A DNA stretch of 62,578 nt, counting the filler, from Globobulimina sp. (lineage: Eukaryota): the NCBI GenBank assembly GCA_003354225.1. It is 23 parts of 23 records of this genome, joined end to end, with 100 filler letters (N's around TTAATTAATTAA, not from the genome) between each part and the next. Parts side by side here need not be neighbours in the genome. Positions count along the whole stretch, not along the records: positions 59,955 to 62,578 come from PIVH01005668.1; 22 more parts are not named here. One strand, written 5' to 3'. Under the pieces are notes generated by a model that ran no database searches, was not told where the DNA came from, and saw only the letters and a list, made by a program, of their open reading frames with translations. Shown one piece after another: positions 61,655 to 62,578 of this stretch. A program made the position numbers and the translations under genes. The stretch's first letter is position 1; each line of letters begins with the position of its first letter.

Positions 61655-62233
61655 ATGGCAGTTAACGTCGGCATCTTCGTAGCAGTTTTGCTTATTCAAC
61701 TAAAAAGCACGATGGGCTTTGATTTGTGTGCAAATGATAACTTTACAATTTATGATGAGAGCGCCTCTTATTGTACGGACGATACTGAAGTAGCAAATGC
61801 CCACAAAAATCGTGTCAAACATGCTGATTCATTGTATGAATGCCAATGGTGGACAACAGGAGATATTCCCGGTGTAGATTCAGTATGGTTATTATCAAAA
61901 GATTGCTTTTCTGCAGGAGGTGGTGACATTTGTTCAGAGCAGTATGTTTACACAGATTATGATTCAGACACAATTTATTGCGACATGGGCACTGAATATG
62001 TCAGATATGAGGATGAATTATTTATGTGTCTGTATTATACGCAAGGACGAATTCCAGGCATGGGAGGCAACGATGATGTGTGGTTATTTAAAATGTATTG
62101 CAACGATGTAACGACCACCGCTTTTTTTAGCACCGCCATAGATGACAACCGCATGACATCACCAACGAGGATAGTAACAATTTTATTTCTATATATAAGT
62201 ATATCATCGCTATTTTATCTTTTTTCTGATTGA
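61655..62233 (+). CDS. Secreted, possibly GPI-anchored protein with two CBM5/12-like chitin-binding domains
   Basis: Signal peptide; VKH.DSLYECQWWTTGDIPG...VW and VRY..ELF.C.YYTQG.IPG....VW; hydrophobic C-terminus. Confidence 0.75.
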   Translation: MAVNVGIFVAVLLIQLKSTMGFDLCANDNFTIYDESASYCTDDTEVANAHKNRVKHADSLYECQWWTTGDIPGVDSVWLLSKDCFSAGGGDICSEQYVYTDYDSDTIYCDMGTEYVRYEDELFMCLYYTQGRIPGMGGNDDVWLFKMYCNDVTTTAFFSTAIDDNRMTSPTRIVTILFLYISISSLFYLFSD

Positions 62234-62578
62234 ATACGTATTTGGATGTGTATTAATACGTATTTCGTCTATCGCTTTCTATTATTTTTGAGTTTTTTTC
62301 TTGTTCTGCGTTCTTTTTTGTTTTCTAGGTTTTGGGTTTCTGTTTTTTTTTGTTGAGTTTCTATGTTTAGAGGTTTTAATTGTAAACAAAAAAAAAAACA
62401 TAAAAACATAAACTTAAAACCTAAAAAATAAGGGAAGAATATCATTTTCTCAATATTAAAATAACAAAAAATATATTTTTGTTGGTTTTTGTTTACATTT
62501 ATACTAGTAATATATTAATATCATAAATTTGTGCGAATGCGCATAACAAACTAATACAAATTGTTTGCAAAATGTATC

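Noticed and set aside
1-62578. Alternative genetic code
   Set aside because: Conserved genes end at TAA/TAG/TGA as expected, and in-frame stops are explained by introns.

Overview
This window is not one locus. It is 23 unrelated contigs of about 2.62-2.63 kb, in decreasing length order, joined by 100-bp artificial spacers (N-run + TTAATTAATTAA + N-run), so adjacency across spacers has no biological meaning. Most contigs are from an AT-rich, gene-dense eukaryote with short GT-AG introns and the standard code; gene style suggests a foraminiferan/rhizarian protist (inference). Recognisable genes include D-lactate dehydrogenase, Fused/STK36, trehalase, axonemal dynein, PPIH, BUD23, UDP-sugar pyrophosphorylase, COG4, RPL7, PDHB, BolA, SUMO, TBC1D22, TPS, an amidase and a DHHC protein. 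Main points of interest: (1) an intron-containing Kelch/UBA-like + RelA/SpoT-type nucleotidyltransferase + SAM gene, a candidate eukaryotic nucleotide second-messenger module; (2) a Polinton-like virus contig (capsid, penton tail, G-x-G core proteins) joined in frame to bacterial accB-accC, probably a chimera; (3) a Penelope-type minimal hammerhead ribozyme; (4) a 77-bp element shared by two contigs; (5) an RWDD2-DUF167 fusion; (6) recurrent lineage-specific protein motifs. All calls are by-eye motif recognition; no searches were run.
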